Shown here piece by piece: positions 40,837-54,738 of a DNA stretch of 64,000 bases (position 1 is its first letter; each line of letters begins with the position of its first letter). The notes beneath the pieces are model-generated. The model saw nothing but the letters and a program-made list of their open reading frames with translations. It ran no database searches and was not told the origin of the DNA. Source of the stretch: Parasitella parasitica NRRL 2501 (taxonomy: Eukaryota > Fungi > Mucoromycota); assembly GCA_025201805.1 (NCBI GenBank), contig MU619349.1:1-64000 (forward strand). Reading direction: 5' to 3'. The position numbers and the translations under genes were made by a program.

Positions 40837-42038
40837 ATGTCTAGTCAACAGCACCAACAACACTACTACCAAGGTGGACAGCATAGTGCACAGGATGAAG
40901 TAGACGCAATGTTGGATTCCTTGGTCGGACCTCAACCCCACACTTCACGTTCAAACGTCTACAGCAATAATGAGCAGAGCCATAACGTAGGCCCAAATGA
41001 TATGTACTCAGAGACAAGAGCTTGTTCTAACATTTTAGGTACATGTAGACCAACTATTTTGGCTACAGTCAGCATCCGCAATACAGCAGCACTATAGGGC
41101 CACCTCCATCGCTCCCTCCTCGCAATGAAGGCAGCAGCTATTCGAGAGAAGCGTCCAGCAAGTACTATTATCATAATAGTCCTGCCGCGACAACTCCTGA
41201 TATTGGCTACGGCTACCCTCCCTCTTCCAACTACCCGCCGAACCATCCATTACCACCAACCCCTTTGCCCCACAGAGTGTCTTCGGTTGCTGCTGATAGT
41301 GGCTATTCAAATACAAGCATTATAGATCCAACACTCCAACAAAACGTTCCTATGTTTCCTATGCCTCTACCCAACTACCAGCACCACCAAAGACATGCGT
41401 CAGGTGGAAGTACTGAAAATGCTGCATATCCTCCACTGCAATACCATCAAAACCAACACCAGCGCAATCCCAGCCAAGGCACTCCACCTGGATCTCCTCC
41501 TCCACCACCGCACCAGCAAATGTATCCTTTAGGCTATCCTGACACAACTCAAGAAATGATCAACAGCTCTTACAGACCCACTTTTGCGACTCAAGTTTCA
41601 GATACATCTACGCTTGTTTCTACTCCCTCAACCGTAGGCACGCCTCCGCCTCTTTATCCACCTTCCAACATTGGTGGTTTCAGACCTAATCCAACTGTTG
41701 CGCCTATACAGCAACACCACTACCAACAGCAACAGCAGCAACAGCAGCAACAGCAGCAACAGCAGCAGCAACCAAGCCGTAGAAATCCATCCGCTTTGCG
41801 CAACAACATGATCATGACAATCGAGCGTCCTCGCTATAACTTTCTATCTGAGTCAGAAAACACAGATGGGCTTGGAGATGATGGGGAAATGCCGTTTATA
41901 CCAGTATCACCTGATACTGATAGCGATGAAGACAACTATTTCACAGAGCAACGCCATGTAAATGAGTCCCCTCCTGCTGCAGCTACTCCAAGCGCTACTA
42001 TTATTCAAGAGTATCGACAGCAAGAGCAACAGCGACAA

Positions 42039-42075
<37 letters not shown>

Positions 42076-45000
42076 GTACTTCGGGTATGCAATACATTGA
42101 TCCATCTAGCTTTTACATGTATCCTCCCCCTACCACCAACCAAAATGACAATCAAACGTTTCAACATAAAGAGCCTCAAGTTGAAGTCATGGCGCCTGTC
42201 GCGCAATCTTCTCCACTCACTCTATCTCAACCATCTCAAGATGTCACTCCTCCAGCTCAGGTTGAAACAGCTGAAACTGTAGCCATCATGAATAAGCCCA
42301 ATTACGGCTTTGTATCTGCCCTATCTATTGCATTCATGCGCAACGTTAAAGGTTTGGAAAATGTTCGAGAGTTATGGTGTGCCAGTGAATACAACGAGTC
42401 CTTTACGGGATCGGAGGCAGTAACCATCATCCAGAACTTGGTAAAGGAACCGGTATCTGACGATTACTGCATCTTGGTGTGCAATGTGTTGATGAGAAGC
42501 GATCCACCGCTATTTTCACCAACTCAATATTCACAAAAGTCCATCATTTCGAATTCTGTCAATACAGAAGACACCTACTTTTTAGAAGAAGACATTACTG
42601 AGAGTAACGTACCTGAGGGAGTGATATCTAGTTTGACTCCTTGTTATAGCGTGGGATGTAATTCTGGATTGAGCGGCAGCTGCTACTCTTACTCGTGTCC
42701 TAACGTCGGCAAGGACTTTATCGTGGACAGCAAGACGAAAGCAACTGTTTCTCATGACGCTGCCGACAAAATGACTAGTTCGCCTGCTGGTGGCTGGGTA
42801 AGTTGCTCATTGCTGACGAAATTACTGACGAAATACGCAACAACAACAACAACTGATATCGATTTCTTTATTAGTTGGTGTCTCACGAAGCTTGGTCCGC
42901 TAGGATGGATAGAGACTTCCTCTTGACACTGGATTCAAAGGAAATCGGAAGACAAGAAGTCCTCAACGAAACCATCTATTCCGAGGAAAAGTACTTGGCT
43001 GATTTAAAGATTTTGCAAGAGGTGGTTGTAAAAGGGATTGAGGAAACGGGAGCCATTGAGCCAGACCGTAGAAACAACTTTATCAACAGCGTGTTTAACA
43101 ATTATCAAGAGTTACTGCAAATGAGTGAAGCCATGTTCAAAGACATGCTGGCGCGCTACCATCAATATGAGCGTGAATGTGTGCCTACTATTGGCGACAT
43201 CTTGGTCCAACACATGCAATTCTTTGAGCAGGCTTATGTCAGGTATAGTCCCAATGCATTGATGGCCAAATACTTGGCAGAGGCAGAGATCAAAAAGAAC
43301 ACCGAGTTTGAAAAGTTTACCAAAGAGATTGCCAAACATGAACGCACCAACCGTTTGCCCATTTGGCACTATCTCCTTAGTCCAGTTACACGTATGCAAC
43401 GATATCCGCTGCTGATCGAAGCACTTTTGAAAAAGACTCCTGCCGACCATCCTGATCATGTCTTCTTGACCCGCAGCCATGAAATTATTCGTTCTGTTGC
43501 TGCAAAGGCTGATCTGGCCGCTACCGACGTCAAGAAACGATTGTCCATTCTGCATATCCGTGACAGCATTACCTTTAAACAAGGCGAATACCATGAACTA
43601 CATCTAGGCGATCCCAATCGTCGCATGTACCACAAAGGCACGCTGAAGCGTCGTAGTGGCAATGCAGATGTGGCTGATAAGAATGATATCTACGCCTTTG
43701 TTTTCGACAACCTACTGCTCATGACCAAGCTTCGAAAAACCAACATTGGCGAGGAATACCGTATCTGGAAAAAGCCCATCCCATTACAAATGTTGGTGGT
43801 TCAGAACAACGCAACCAATGTAAGATATCAACTGTCTGGAACTGCGACTTCTTACACTATCCCTGGCGGCCAAGTCGTGCTGGTTTTGCAGCATTTGGGC
43901 TCACATGGTGGCGTTTACACATTCTTTTGTTCATCTTTGGAGGAAAAGCAGCTGTGGACCAAGGCTATTGACGATGCCAAGGCTTCGTCAAAAAAACGTC
44001 AAGGCGATCCAGATGCGTTTGATCTACGTCCCTTAGACGATGTCAATTTTAGGAACATTGGGTCCGGTCAATCAAGCGGCACAACGACCCGGGTGAACTG
44101 CTCTGTTCCCTTTGTGTCCTTGAAACAAGAAAGAAAGATTGCCATTGGTACTGAAAACGGCGTGTTCTTCAAAACAGAAGGACAGGACAGCTCTGTGCGT
44201 CGCATCATTCAGTGCGATAGTGTCGTCCAACTGGCCATCATGGAAAAGTATCATATCTTGATTGTCTTGACTGAGAAGGCCCTACGTGCCTACCCGGTAG
44301 ACGTGTTGGATTCAAAAAGCAACACCAAAGCTATTGATCGCGTCGAGGTTGAAATTGCTCGAGATGTCAACTTTTTCCAAATCGGTTTTTGTAACGGCCG
44401 TGATATGCTAGTCTATAAAAAGAAAAAGAATACCACCAGCGTATTTACTGCGCTGGAGCCCTTTTGTAATTTGCGCGATCCCAAGAATGAGGAACTGTTG
44501 ACGCACAGACCGTCTATCTTTAATAATAGGCCTGCTTATTTGAGGTGGTTCAAGAAGTACAAGGTAAATTGGATGAGGAACAAGCCAAATGATGGTAGCT
44601 AACTTTTGCTGGTAGGACTTTTACATTGGTGCTGAAGCAAGTAATATTCATTTTTTGAAGACCAAATTGAATATTGTCTGTGAAAGAGGCTTTGAAATCA
44701 TCAATCCAGAGAATCTTAGTGCTAACCGTGATATTCCTGACTCTGGAGACCCTGTATTCAATTTCGTCACTCGCCATCCAGTACCACTAAAGCCTTTAGC
44801 CATGTATCGCATCAACGACAAGTTTTTGCTGTGCTACGACAAGTTTGCATTCTACGTTAACAATAGAAATGGCTCTCTAGTGCGTCGAGATGACAAGGCA
44901 TCGTAAGTGATGATTTGACATGGTATTCGTCTGAACACTCAACATTTATTCACAAAATAGGCCCCCCACTATATGTAACTGGGAAGGTACACCTTCTCAT

Positions 45001-45311
45001 ATCGTATACGAACATCCATACATCATTGCTATTAATCCAAGCTTTATTGAAATTCGCTATGTAGACACTGTAAGTTTTATTTTTATTTTTTTCATTTTTG
45101 TGCAAACGAACGAGAAAGCTAACCGACAAACTAGGGCGCGCTCGTCCAAGTTATTCCTGGTGAAAATATTCGTTTGACATATTACAACGGTGGCGGTGAA
45201 AAACCTATCATTCATGTCTGTATGTCGCATAGTCAAAAGCCGGATACTCAAGCTTTATTCCACTTGGTTTTAAATAATCATCGTAACTCATCAGGTTATG
45301 CTCGACGATGA
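40837..45311 (+). CDS. Rho GTPase exchange factor, Rom1/Rom2/Rgf-like (DEP-like, DH, PH, CNH); about 6 exons
   Basis: Pro/Gln-rich N-terminus. ESFTGSEAV (DEP-like); RQEVLNETIYSEEKYLADL and PVTRMQRYPLLI (DH); FVFDNLLLMTK (PH); IAIGTENGVF, KDFYIGAE and FLLCYDKFAFYVN (CNH). Confidence 0.92.
41724..41773 (+). repeat. CAG/CAA polyglutamine microsatellite in the RhoGEF (second tract at about 42045-42074)
   Basis: (CAACAGCAG)-type repeats encoding about 16 Gln. Confidence 0.9.
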
Positions 45312-46175
45312 ATAATGTAAACTGTATCGTTTTTCTTTTTGCAAATGCATTTCGCATTAATAAATTTTTATGTACGCATATGGCTTTTTGTCGATATGAA
45401 TAACTTTCTAGTACATGTTTTCTTAACAGCAAGCAACCAATAAAATTCACTTGTTATTCTTTGAATTACACACTATTGCTTGGATAATCTGGTTATATCC
45501 TCTACGTATAAGGTCTTACTTTCTGCTTTAACCACGCATTGGCAATTGCTTTCCATATGCTGGGAATATTACTGGGTGCGGTAACGAGAAGCATATATTG
45601 TAATTGTACTCACACTCTGAGGCATCAATGGCACCAAAAAAAATATCCCTCTTTTGTATTTTCATAAAGAATTTGGTATTTTCTCCCTCAGCATTGGTCT
45701 GATTGAGGAAGTAGATTGTTACTATTGATAGCAATCTGGTTTTTATTTTAAGCAACCATCGCTGAACTTCAAGCTTGATCACCTATCAAACTTTGAGGTA
45801 AAAACAATGTTTCGGCTTTGCTTGATAAACAGTGTCTAGACAACAGCGTCTACTATTATTAGGAAGCCTCGCCTGGTATTATATCATACTGCAACATAGG
45901 AAATAACATGTCTAGATTTTTGGAATCTGCTGTTTGAGACATAGCGGTCTGTACAAAAATGTCGATCATAATTCATTTTTAGAACAGAGGTGAACCAGGT
46001 CGAGACACACACATTTGACAAGCATTGTCAAAAAAAAAAAGGCCACCTTCTCGAAACCAAAGCAAGTGGTCTGATTTGACTGTAGCAAGGATCATCTTTA
46101 TGTGTGCAAGCAAGAATATAAATTGAGCGACCTCTTCTTTTCAAGATGAGACTATTCCAGATTGTCTAGATTCCT

Positions 46176-46227
<52 letters not shown>

Positions 46228-46595
46228 GAAATCAGCGTCGATTCGCCAAGAAACAAAACAAACGCATTGTTTAACAGTTTGTATATAATTCATATCAGTT
46301 TGGACCTTGTTTGCTTGATGGTCCAGCACTATTGATCCGTTTTTTTCATGGAAATTAAATCAAGATCTTTGCTTTTCTCTTGATTTAAGAAAGATTCTAT
46401 AATTTTCATGTCCCCAAATGGAGCGTAAGGTGTCTCAGAGAGATGCAATCAGATCCAGTCAAATTGGTATAATAGACTTCTATAAACAATTTGATTCGAC
46501 AGGTAGAGCATCGCTGTAAATTTCCTTAAAAAGAACTCTATCCGTTTGATATTTTGATTTCGATATAAAAAGGCTATCAAAAACATCTCTTCCAT

Positions 46596-46634
<39 letters not shown>

Positions 46635-46687
46635 CCAATATTCTCTTCGTCAAGTAAACTCTTAATCCATTGAAGTCTCCCACTGAA

Positions 46688-47507
46688 ATGTCATTGACTG
46701 CCCCTGCAATTGACAATCGCCGAATCAGCAGAAAATTAACTGTGAACATCAACCAACACTCCGTTAATGTCCGCCCTGTCATTAAAGGTAGTACATCTGT
46801 ACGATCTAATGTTTAGAATGGCAGATCACTGATATTCTTCCTATTACTTAGGTGCATTTAAAGAAGCCGCCAACACATTAACTGAAGCTTATTTGACAGA
46901 TGCAATCATGGGATGGTGCATCCGCGGTTTAGAACAAAAGAAACACGAGGAATTTCTATACACACTCTTTAGAAACATGATAAACGCCTCGTCTCTTCAG
47001 AGCCGTGATTTCGCTCTTCAGGTGGAAGGCTGCAAGGGTGTTTTGACCTGGACAAATAATCCAAATGGCTCCGCATGGCCTCGGGTTCTGAGCACTGCCA
47101 AGCTTGCACGATTGATCGGATGGACGTCTGCTCTACGTGCAATCACAAAGGTCGGCCCTTCTTGCGACAAGATGAGACGAAAAATTATGATTGATCATCC
47201 ACAGTTTATCATTATCGGTTATGTCGGGGTATTGCCACACGAGCAGCACAAAGGCTATGGCTCTGCGCTTGTCAATCATGTGCTTAACAAGGCTGACGAT
47301 GCTAAACACCCTGTTTATGTAGAAGCTGCTGATTCATTTAGCGTCAAGTTTTTCGAACAGTTTGGATTCAGGGTACAAGCTACAGTCTTTATCGCCAACC
47401 ATCATGAACTTCCTGTTGCACTGATGGTTCGTTTGCCTACCGTGGCTGGCTCTCCCGAACGTCTTCGTATTAGACCTGGAAGACGCGATTCTGACAACTC
47501 TCTTTGA
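46688..47507 (+). CDS. GNAT-family N-acetyltransferase; 2 exons
   Basis: Acetyl-CoA motif A VGVLPHEQHKGYGSAL, YVEA, and motif B KFFEQFGF. Exon 1 MSLTAPAIDN... with an intron at about 46788-46851. Confidence 0.85.
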
Positions 47508-47923
47508 NNNNNNNNNNAAAAAAAAAAGTCATTCTACATCTATTATCCCCTTGTATATCATTTCTCTCATTGTACATATCTGCACCTCTTTCTCTTTTGT
47601 ATAGCTGATTCCTGACCTAGAAAATAAAGCCCTGTCTAAACCGATAACATTTCAATGGATTGCCATCAAAGATACTGCAGTTTTAGATAAATCGTTGAGC
47701 TTGGCTACCGATCAAAAGAGAAATTACTCCTATTGTGCAATACATGGCTCCTCAAGGAATAAACATGAAATCATTTGGATCAAGTTGATTCCAGAGACTT
47801 TACACCCATGTTGGTGTGTGCGTAATAGTTTATGCATTCTCAAACGAGCGTGGTATAAAGATGTCAGTGCCTGCAGATTGAAACTTTTATTGTTATATCT
47901 AGTGCATTAAACAGCCATGATCA

Positions 47924-48463
47924 TCACCAGTCTAGTTTCTTGCTTTCTTTGGAATTTGCACATTTCTCGGCAACCTCAACAGGGCAAGCGTTTATAGATG
48001 TGAATCCGCTTCCGCCTCTACCTCCTTTCTCCAAAGCAAACTCCCAATAGTGAATGGGACACATCAGCACAGGGCCGATTTCAGGAGGATAGTCATCTTC
48101 TGCCACTTTACCGTGATAAGAAAGATCAGCTCCTGCATGTGGGCAATACCTATCTGCTGAAAATTGTTTGCCTGTAGAAAGAGTGATAATGATCCTTTCC
48201 TTGTCCTTTGGATCAACTCTGATATTAGCGTCTTCCCCGCTCTCCTCTTCAAAGGAAAACGAGTACGGCTCTGTCGTAGTAGCAGGCTTTGTGTCTGGTT
48301 GACTATCAGATTTGCCTGTGGCTATTTCTTTCACACTGGTATCGACATCTTTGGTTTTATCATCGGCTGTGGCTGGCTCGTTCACTGGCAATTGGTCCGA
48401 GATCTTTGTAAAATCCTTCGATGGGTCGTTGACTCTTTTATATTTGATAGTTGGCTCAAACAT
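47924..48463 (-). CDS. Small Rieske [2Fe-2S] ferredoxin-like protein; intronless
   Basis: Rieske ligand boxes CPHAGADL and CPIHYWEF after a low-complexity acidic N-terminal region. Confidence 0.85.
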   Translation of the reverse strand: MFEPTIKYKRVNDPSKDFTKISDQLPVNEPATADDKTKDVDTSVKEIATGKSDSQPDTKPATTTEPYSFSFEEESGEDANIRVDPKDKERIIITLSTGKQFSADRYCPHAGADLSYHGKVAEDDYPPEIGPVLMCPIHYWEFALEKGGRGGSGFTSINACPVEVAEKCANSKESKKLDW

Positions 48464-49398
48464 GAATGTTGATACAAGGTGAAAGAGACAACAGATATTT
48501 ATAACACAAAACCAGTAATGAATTCGGAGATGGGGGGGAGAAATCTTTATTTTTTTTTTCTGCTGCTAGGTAAGATGAAAAACATTTATTTGGCACATAT
48601 TAATAGAGAATCATAATCATACGAATTTTATTGCATTCAAAAGGTCAATTGACACATATATATAGTTGTTTTTGGAAAAAAAAAATCTGGCCGGGAAACA
48701 CCATGAAAAGACAGTAAACGATGTGTAAAATGTTGAAATGTTGAAATGATGGGACATGAATACATATTTTGCAATTGTTTAGGACGTACAAAGACACGTT
48801 ATATTGGACTTGCTGAATGAATGAATGAATGCTGCTGCTAATGAATGCTTGAGTACATGTTCAAGTGGAATGGGAAACTTGGGAAGCAGTATCTGGTTTT
48901 TTTTTTGTTGAACTATGAAAATGAACCCTTTTTATATGTGTGCCTGAATTCCCGGCCCAAAAAACAAAGATTAAACTCCCTGACACATGCTGCTGATAGG
49001 AACAGGACATACATTCTTCTTGGTTCTATTGACATGATAGAGGGGCCCAAGACAAATTATCATGGTATAGACCTCCTGCATTTCTCAACTCTCTCGTGTC
49101 TTGAGTCGATTAAATGCCATTTCAGCCCATTATTGCGCAACCGCAATGGCTCTATCTGTGCACTAATTACGCTCATGTTCATTGCAGGTCCTTTTTCGTA
49201 CGTAGATAGATCAGACTTGTACATTTTCAGTCATATTGAAAACATTTTGAATGATTGAAAGCAGCGAACTGTTAGATTTAAAACGACTTGCTGCTATGAT
49301 ACACAGCCAGCTTCCTCCCCCTTAAAAAAAAAGCCAACTTTTTTTTCTTAAATATCTATCTCATTGATTTATTATGTACATTTAGTTGATTCGAAAAT

Positions 49399-50392
<994 letters not shown>

Positions 50393-50974
50393 TGAGTGTA
50401 GGTGGTATTTGGGGGTAATAAAAGCCTTTTTTTTTTTTTTTGCCATCTTCTTGGTGTGAATGGCCAGAAAGTGAAGCGATCAAGTGGCTTAAGATGATGG
50501 TGACTCGTATAGAACAAGGTTGTTGCACACATCTGCACTGGGCAAGACTTCAAGAGATATTCTACAACACCGTATCACCCCTTCTTGACGATTTTCTATG
50601 ACCCATACACGTACTTGACCTCGAATATCTATAATATTAATGGCATTTGCTTGGATATCTTTAAGCTTTTGCATGTCAATCAATAAGAATTATAACAACA
50701 TTTGAGACACTACACTACAAACATAGCAGTTATTACACAAGCACAAGCACAAACATTTACTGAATACTTAATATGGAATTCAATTGTCTGCACCAATCTT
50801 AAGGGTGCAGTACAACAGCTGATTACCAAAGCTATTCAAGATTTATGGCCTAAATGCATAGCTGAGATGTTGAGGCAGTTTTCATGTGATACTTGTTTTG
50901 AGCCATATGTAGCGCTCACTTTCATCTATCTTTCTCTTCTTTTCCTCCTGCAATACAAACCGTACTTCTTGCTC

Positions 50975-51343
50975 ATGACTACTACTACTACTGTAAATGC
51001 TACTTCTATTGGTGCTGCTGCAAACGACACAGACAACAATCCCTTTGTAAATATACCCGCTCAAGGTAACATCAACAGCACATAAAAGGATGCTGCAGTT
51101 CCTCAACATGCAAATAATCTTATAGGAGACGATACCACTATCAGTGCTGAAGATATATTAAAATTACTAGAGTCTTTAAAGGTAGACAGTGCCTCTGAAC
51201 CTCAGCTTCAAGCTATTTTGGAGCGTGCAAAGAGCGGCGAATGTATGGAGCGTGATCTTGTAATGAATGCTGTGGCCTCATTGCTGCCCGCTGATAGCGA
51301 CGATTTAAATGAATTTAGCAACTTTGACATCCAACTTCAATAA
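50975..51343 (+). CDS. Small protein of unknown function, interrupted by an in-frame TAA (tiny intron or pseudogene)
   Basis: MTTTTTVNATS...NINST* continues in the same frame for another 85 codons (..SAEDILKLLESLKV..LQAILERAKSGECMERDLVMNAVASLL..) to TAA at 51341-51343. Confidence 0.5.
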
Positions 51344-52019
51344 AGAAACAAGGAAAAGCGTGTACAGGTGCTTCCGTTGTTTGATACCTGCTAGTTTTTC
51401 AAACTTTTGTCACGCATAGCTAGCTAAACATATACATATTCATCAAACTAAAAACCTCACGTATACTGAATAGTGAACAACGGAAAGACTGCAGCGCCTT
51501 GCAAAGCATTTGGTTCTAGCTGTTTTACTTGCAAAAAGTTGTGCAAAACAGATCTAGTCATTTAAATTCCCTTCATCGCATGTTTTGAAATGTTGACTGA
51601 AACTTTATTTGATAGACATGAGGCTCTCATCTTGTTGCTCATATAGACGCTGCAGCAATGATAAAAATCACGTTTGAGGCCATCGGGTTAAATGCGTCCT
51701 TAATGTTGAAATTTTATCCCGTTTTAGAGCGGGAATCATTTTGTCTGCAAAACATGCAGAAATACTTTGAAAAGAGAGAAGCTCAAAATATCCTTGGTAT
51801 ATACGAGTATATCTAATGTGGGGGGGGGGGTTTCCTGGTAAATTACTAGTGGCAGGTAGCAAGCGATCTCTTCACCAGCGATCCTTTTGCACAACAAGCC
51901 TCATTTGGAGCCAATCAAGGAGTCTTACGATAAGAGGCAAACAAAAGCCCCAATCGTGCTTGAAGTCGTGTTTTCCACCCTTCTTTCCTGTTATTTCCTC
52001 TCTTACTTGCCAGGGAAAT

Positions 52020-53175
52020 ATGTCACAAGCAGTGTCTGCATTTGCTTTCCTGTTTCCAGGGAACGCAATGGTCAACTCGTTATTGGCAACTTCCTACATC
52101 TCTATTATTCCCAATCTACTCCTTTATTTCGTCCCTCCCGATATTAAGCCGACAACACTAAGCACTCTGGTGAACTTTGCAGTTGGTAAGCAAGCGGAAA
52201 GATGCCATATTATCATAACAGCTAAACTGTATTGTTTGTCACGTAGGAAGCCTATTGGGCGACGTATTTTTGCACTTGCTGCCACACGCATTTAGTAACC
52301 ATGCGCATCATACGGACAGCGGCGACGATCACCATAATGAAAAGCCAATTAGTCATGACAACGACGAACACCGAAACGTACTGATCGGAAGTGGTATATT
52401 TGCTGGATTGTTCTTGTTTTATGTAGTAGATAAGATTATGAGAGCATATTTTGGCAAGACAGGGCACGATCATGCGCACCATCATGACAGTAAGCACGAC
52501 GAACATGTTGTAGATCAAGTTGCCATAAGAGAAGGGATCCGCCAACGCAAAGCTAGCAACAAGAAAAAGGACGGGGAGGGTGAAAAAGAAACAAACCAGC
52601 AGCAGCAGCAGCATCATCATCATCATCAAGGCCCTTCAGAAGATGTGCGTGCCAGTACTTACCTTAATCTGTTGGCTGACTTCACACACAATCTAACTGA
52701 TGGTATCGCAATGTCTGCCTCGTTTTATGCTTCACCTGCCATCGGTGCCACCACCGCTGTAGCAGTGTTCTTTCATGAAATCCCCCATGAAGTGAGTGAT
52801 TACGCAATTCTATTGCAATCTGGCTTTAGTAAGAAGCGTGCCATGATGGCTCAGTTCACAACTGCCATTGGAGCATACATTGGTACATTTATCGGAATTT
52901 TCATTGAAGAAATGGCTACTCACCACGGTCATCATGACCACCATGATCATCATCATCATGCCCATGGATTGCTGGGGACAAGTATGACTTGGGGTGATCT
53001 CATCATCCCTGCTACAGCTGGTGGGTTCTTATATATCGCCACTGTTGGAGTTATTCCTGAATTACTCGAGAGCAAAACACATAGCAAAATACAACCATTA
53101 AAGGAGCTGGCAGCTATGGTCTTTGGCATGGCATTGATGGCCGCTATAGCATGGAATGAAACCCATCACCATTAA
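52020..53175 (+). CDS. YKE4: ZIP-family zinc transporter, ZIP7/Yke4/Catsup type; 2 exons
   Basis: FAVG|SLLGDVFLHLLPH, His-rich loops, YLNLLADFTHNLTDG, VFFHEIPHEVSDY (HExPH motif) and AGGFLYIATVGVIPEL. Start codon uncertain (52020 preferred). Confidence 0.9.
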
Positions 53176-53422
53176 ACATTAAATACCCTACTCATCAGTT
53201 ATCCGTTTTTCTTGAATTACTAGCTTACATTTACTCTGTTTTTTGCATGCATCCTTTTGAAATTTGAATACATTTATTCATAAATAAACGTTGATGATTC
53301 AACCAATCAAATTGTATGTCTGAAGCTAAAATGTATCCGGCAGAACAAAGGAAGGGCCGCTCGGTATATGGCGGTCGCAATACCACGCAGAGTATTGATC
53401 CTTCTTTTAACTATTAAATACA

Positions 53423-54240
53423 ATGGTGCGTATATATACGGATGCTAGTAAAAGATCGAAGGGGAAGGGCAGATGAATGAGGCAGTGAGAGAGTAGATTG
53501 TGTCTGCATGAGAGTATTGGATGGATAGATGTCATATTTGGACAAGCATTGTCTGCGTTCTGACTGCAATGAATGGATGGGATACGCAAATGGATATATG
53601 GGATGGATGCATGGATGGATGACGACCAATTGTTACCGTTGTCATTGTGGAATTACTCGGCTTGCACTGATGGATGGATGATTTGCAAGGATGCATATCC
53701 TGGTTCAACTTGATTTATGGATGCGCATCAGCTCATGCGGAAACCTCTCATTACCCTTCGTTCTTTTTTTTTTTTTTTTTTTTTTTACTATGCTAATGCT
53801 AAATGAGGCTTCTAAAAGCTAACATTCACGTTTCACCTGTTATATAGGCCGACGCTTCTACTGTCACCATTCGCACTCGTAAGTTCCTTACCAACCGTTT
53901 GCTCCAACGTAAGCAAATGGTCGTCGATGTCATTCACCCCGGACTCGCCAACGTCTCCAAGGATGAGCTCCGTACCAAGATCGGTAAGATGTACAAGTCT
54001 GACAAGGAAGTTGTCTCTGTCTTTGGTTTCAAGACCCACTTTGGTGGTGGAAAGACCACTGGTTTCGCTTTGATCTATGACAATGTCGAGGCTTTGAAGA
54101 AGTTCGAGCCCAAGCATCGTCTTGTTCGTATTGGTCTTGCTGAAGCACCCAAGGGTGGTCGCAAGCAACGCAAGGAAAAGAAGAACCGCGAGAAGAAGTT
54201 CCGTGGTGTCAGAAAGTCCAAGAAGCCCAGAAAGGAGTAA
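53423..54240 (+). CDS. RPS24: 40S ribosomal protein S24 (eS24); exon 1 is the ATG only, followed by a 422-nt intron
   Basis: ATG|GTGCGT at 53423-53431 and acceptor TATAG at 53847, giving M|[32 protein letters not shown]...[20 protein letters not shown]. Strongly biased codon usage. Confidence 0.95.
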
Positions 54241-54738
54241 ATATAACGCTGTGCTTGACACTTGCAATAAATACTACACCATCTATTGTAATCAATCATT
54301 GCTTTTTTATTTTGCTTGAAATTCAATCATTATTAAAAACAAATTATACAATTATCATCACTGCAACAAATCCAAAGAAAAAATAAGGGGGGGGGAGAGG
54401 AAGAGGGGGTTATTATATTCAATATAAATGCTAAATTTACATAACTGGAATTTGAATCTTGCATCATGTACTTGTTGCTGTAGACGTTGTAATATTGATT
54501 CAAATAATTTACAAGAGCTGAATTGACAATTTGCATTGTTTGTAATCAAAGAATTCTTATACAACCATCAAAATTGAGATGTACATTCTCTAAGGCTTGA
54601 CATCAATGAATGGCGTTTTATTAGAAACAGGGATTTTCAATTCAACATTTTACAGCCAGCAAAAAGTAGTATGTAGATTGTACTCTGTTTTCCTTTTTGC
54701 GTTCTTCTCCTTTTCCCTATTCATAAATACCTTACGAA

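Noticed and set aside
45630-45710. Minus-strand fragment GRKYQILYEN..GYF, faintly like another BTB N-terminus
   Set aside because: Very short, needs frameshifts and lacks downstream BTB motifs.
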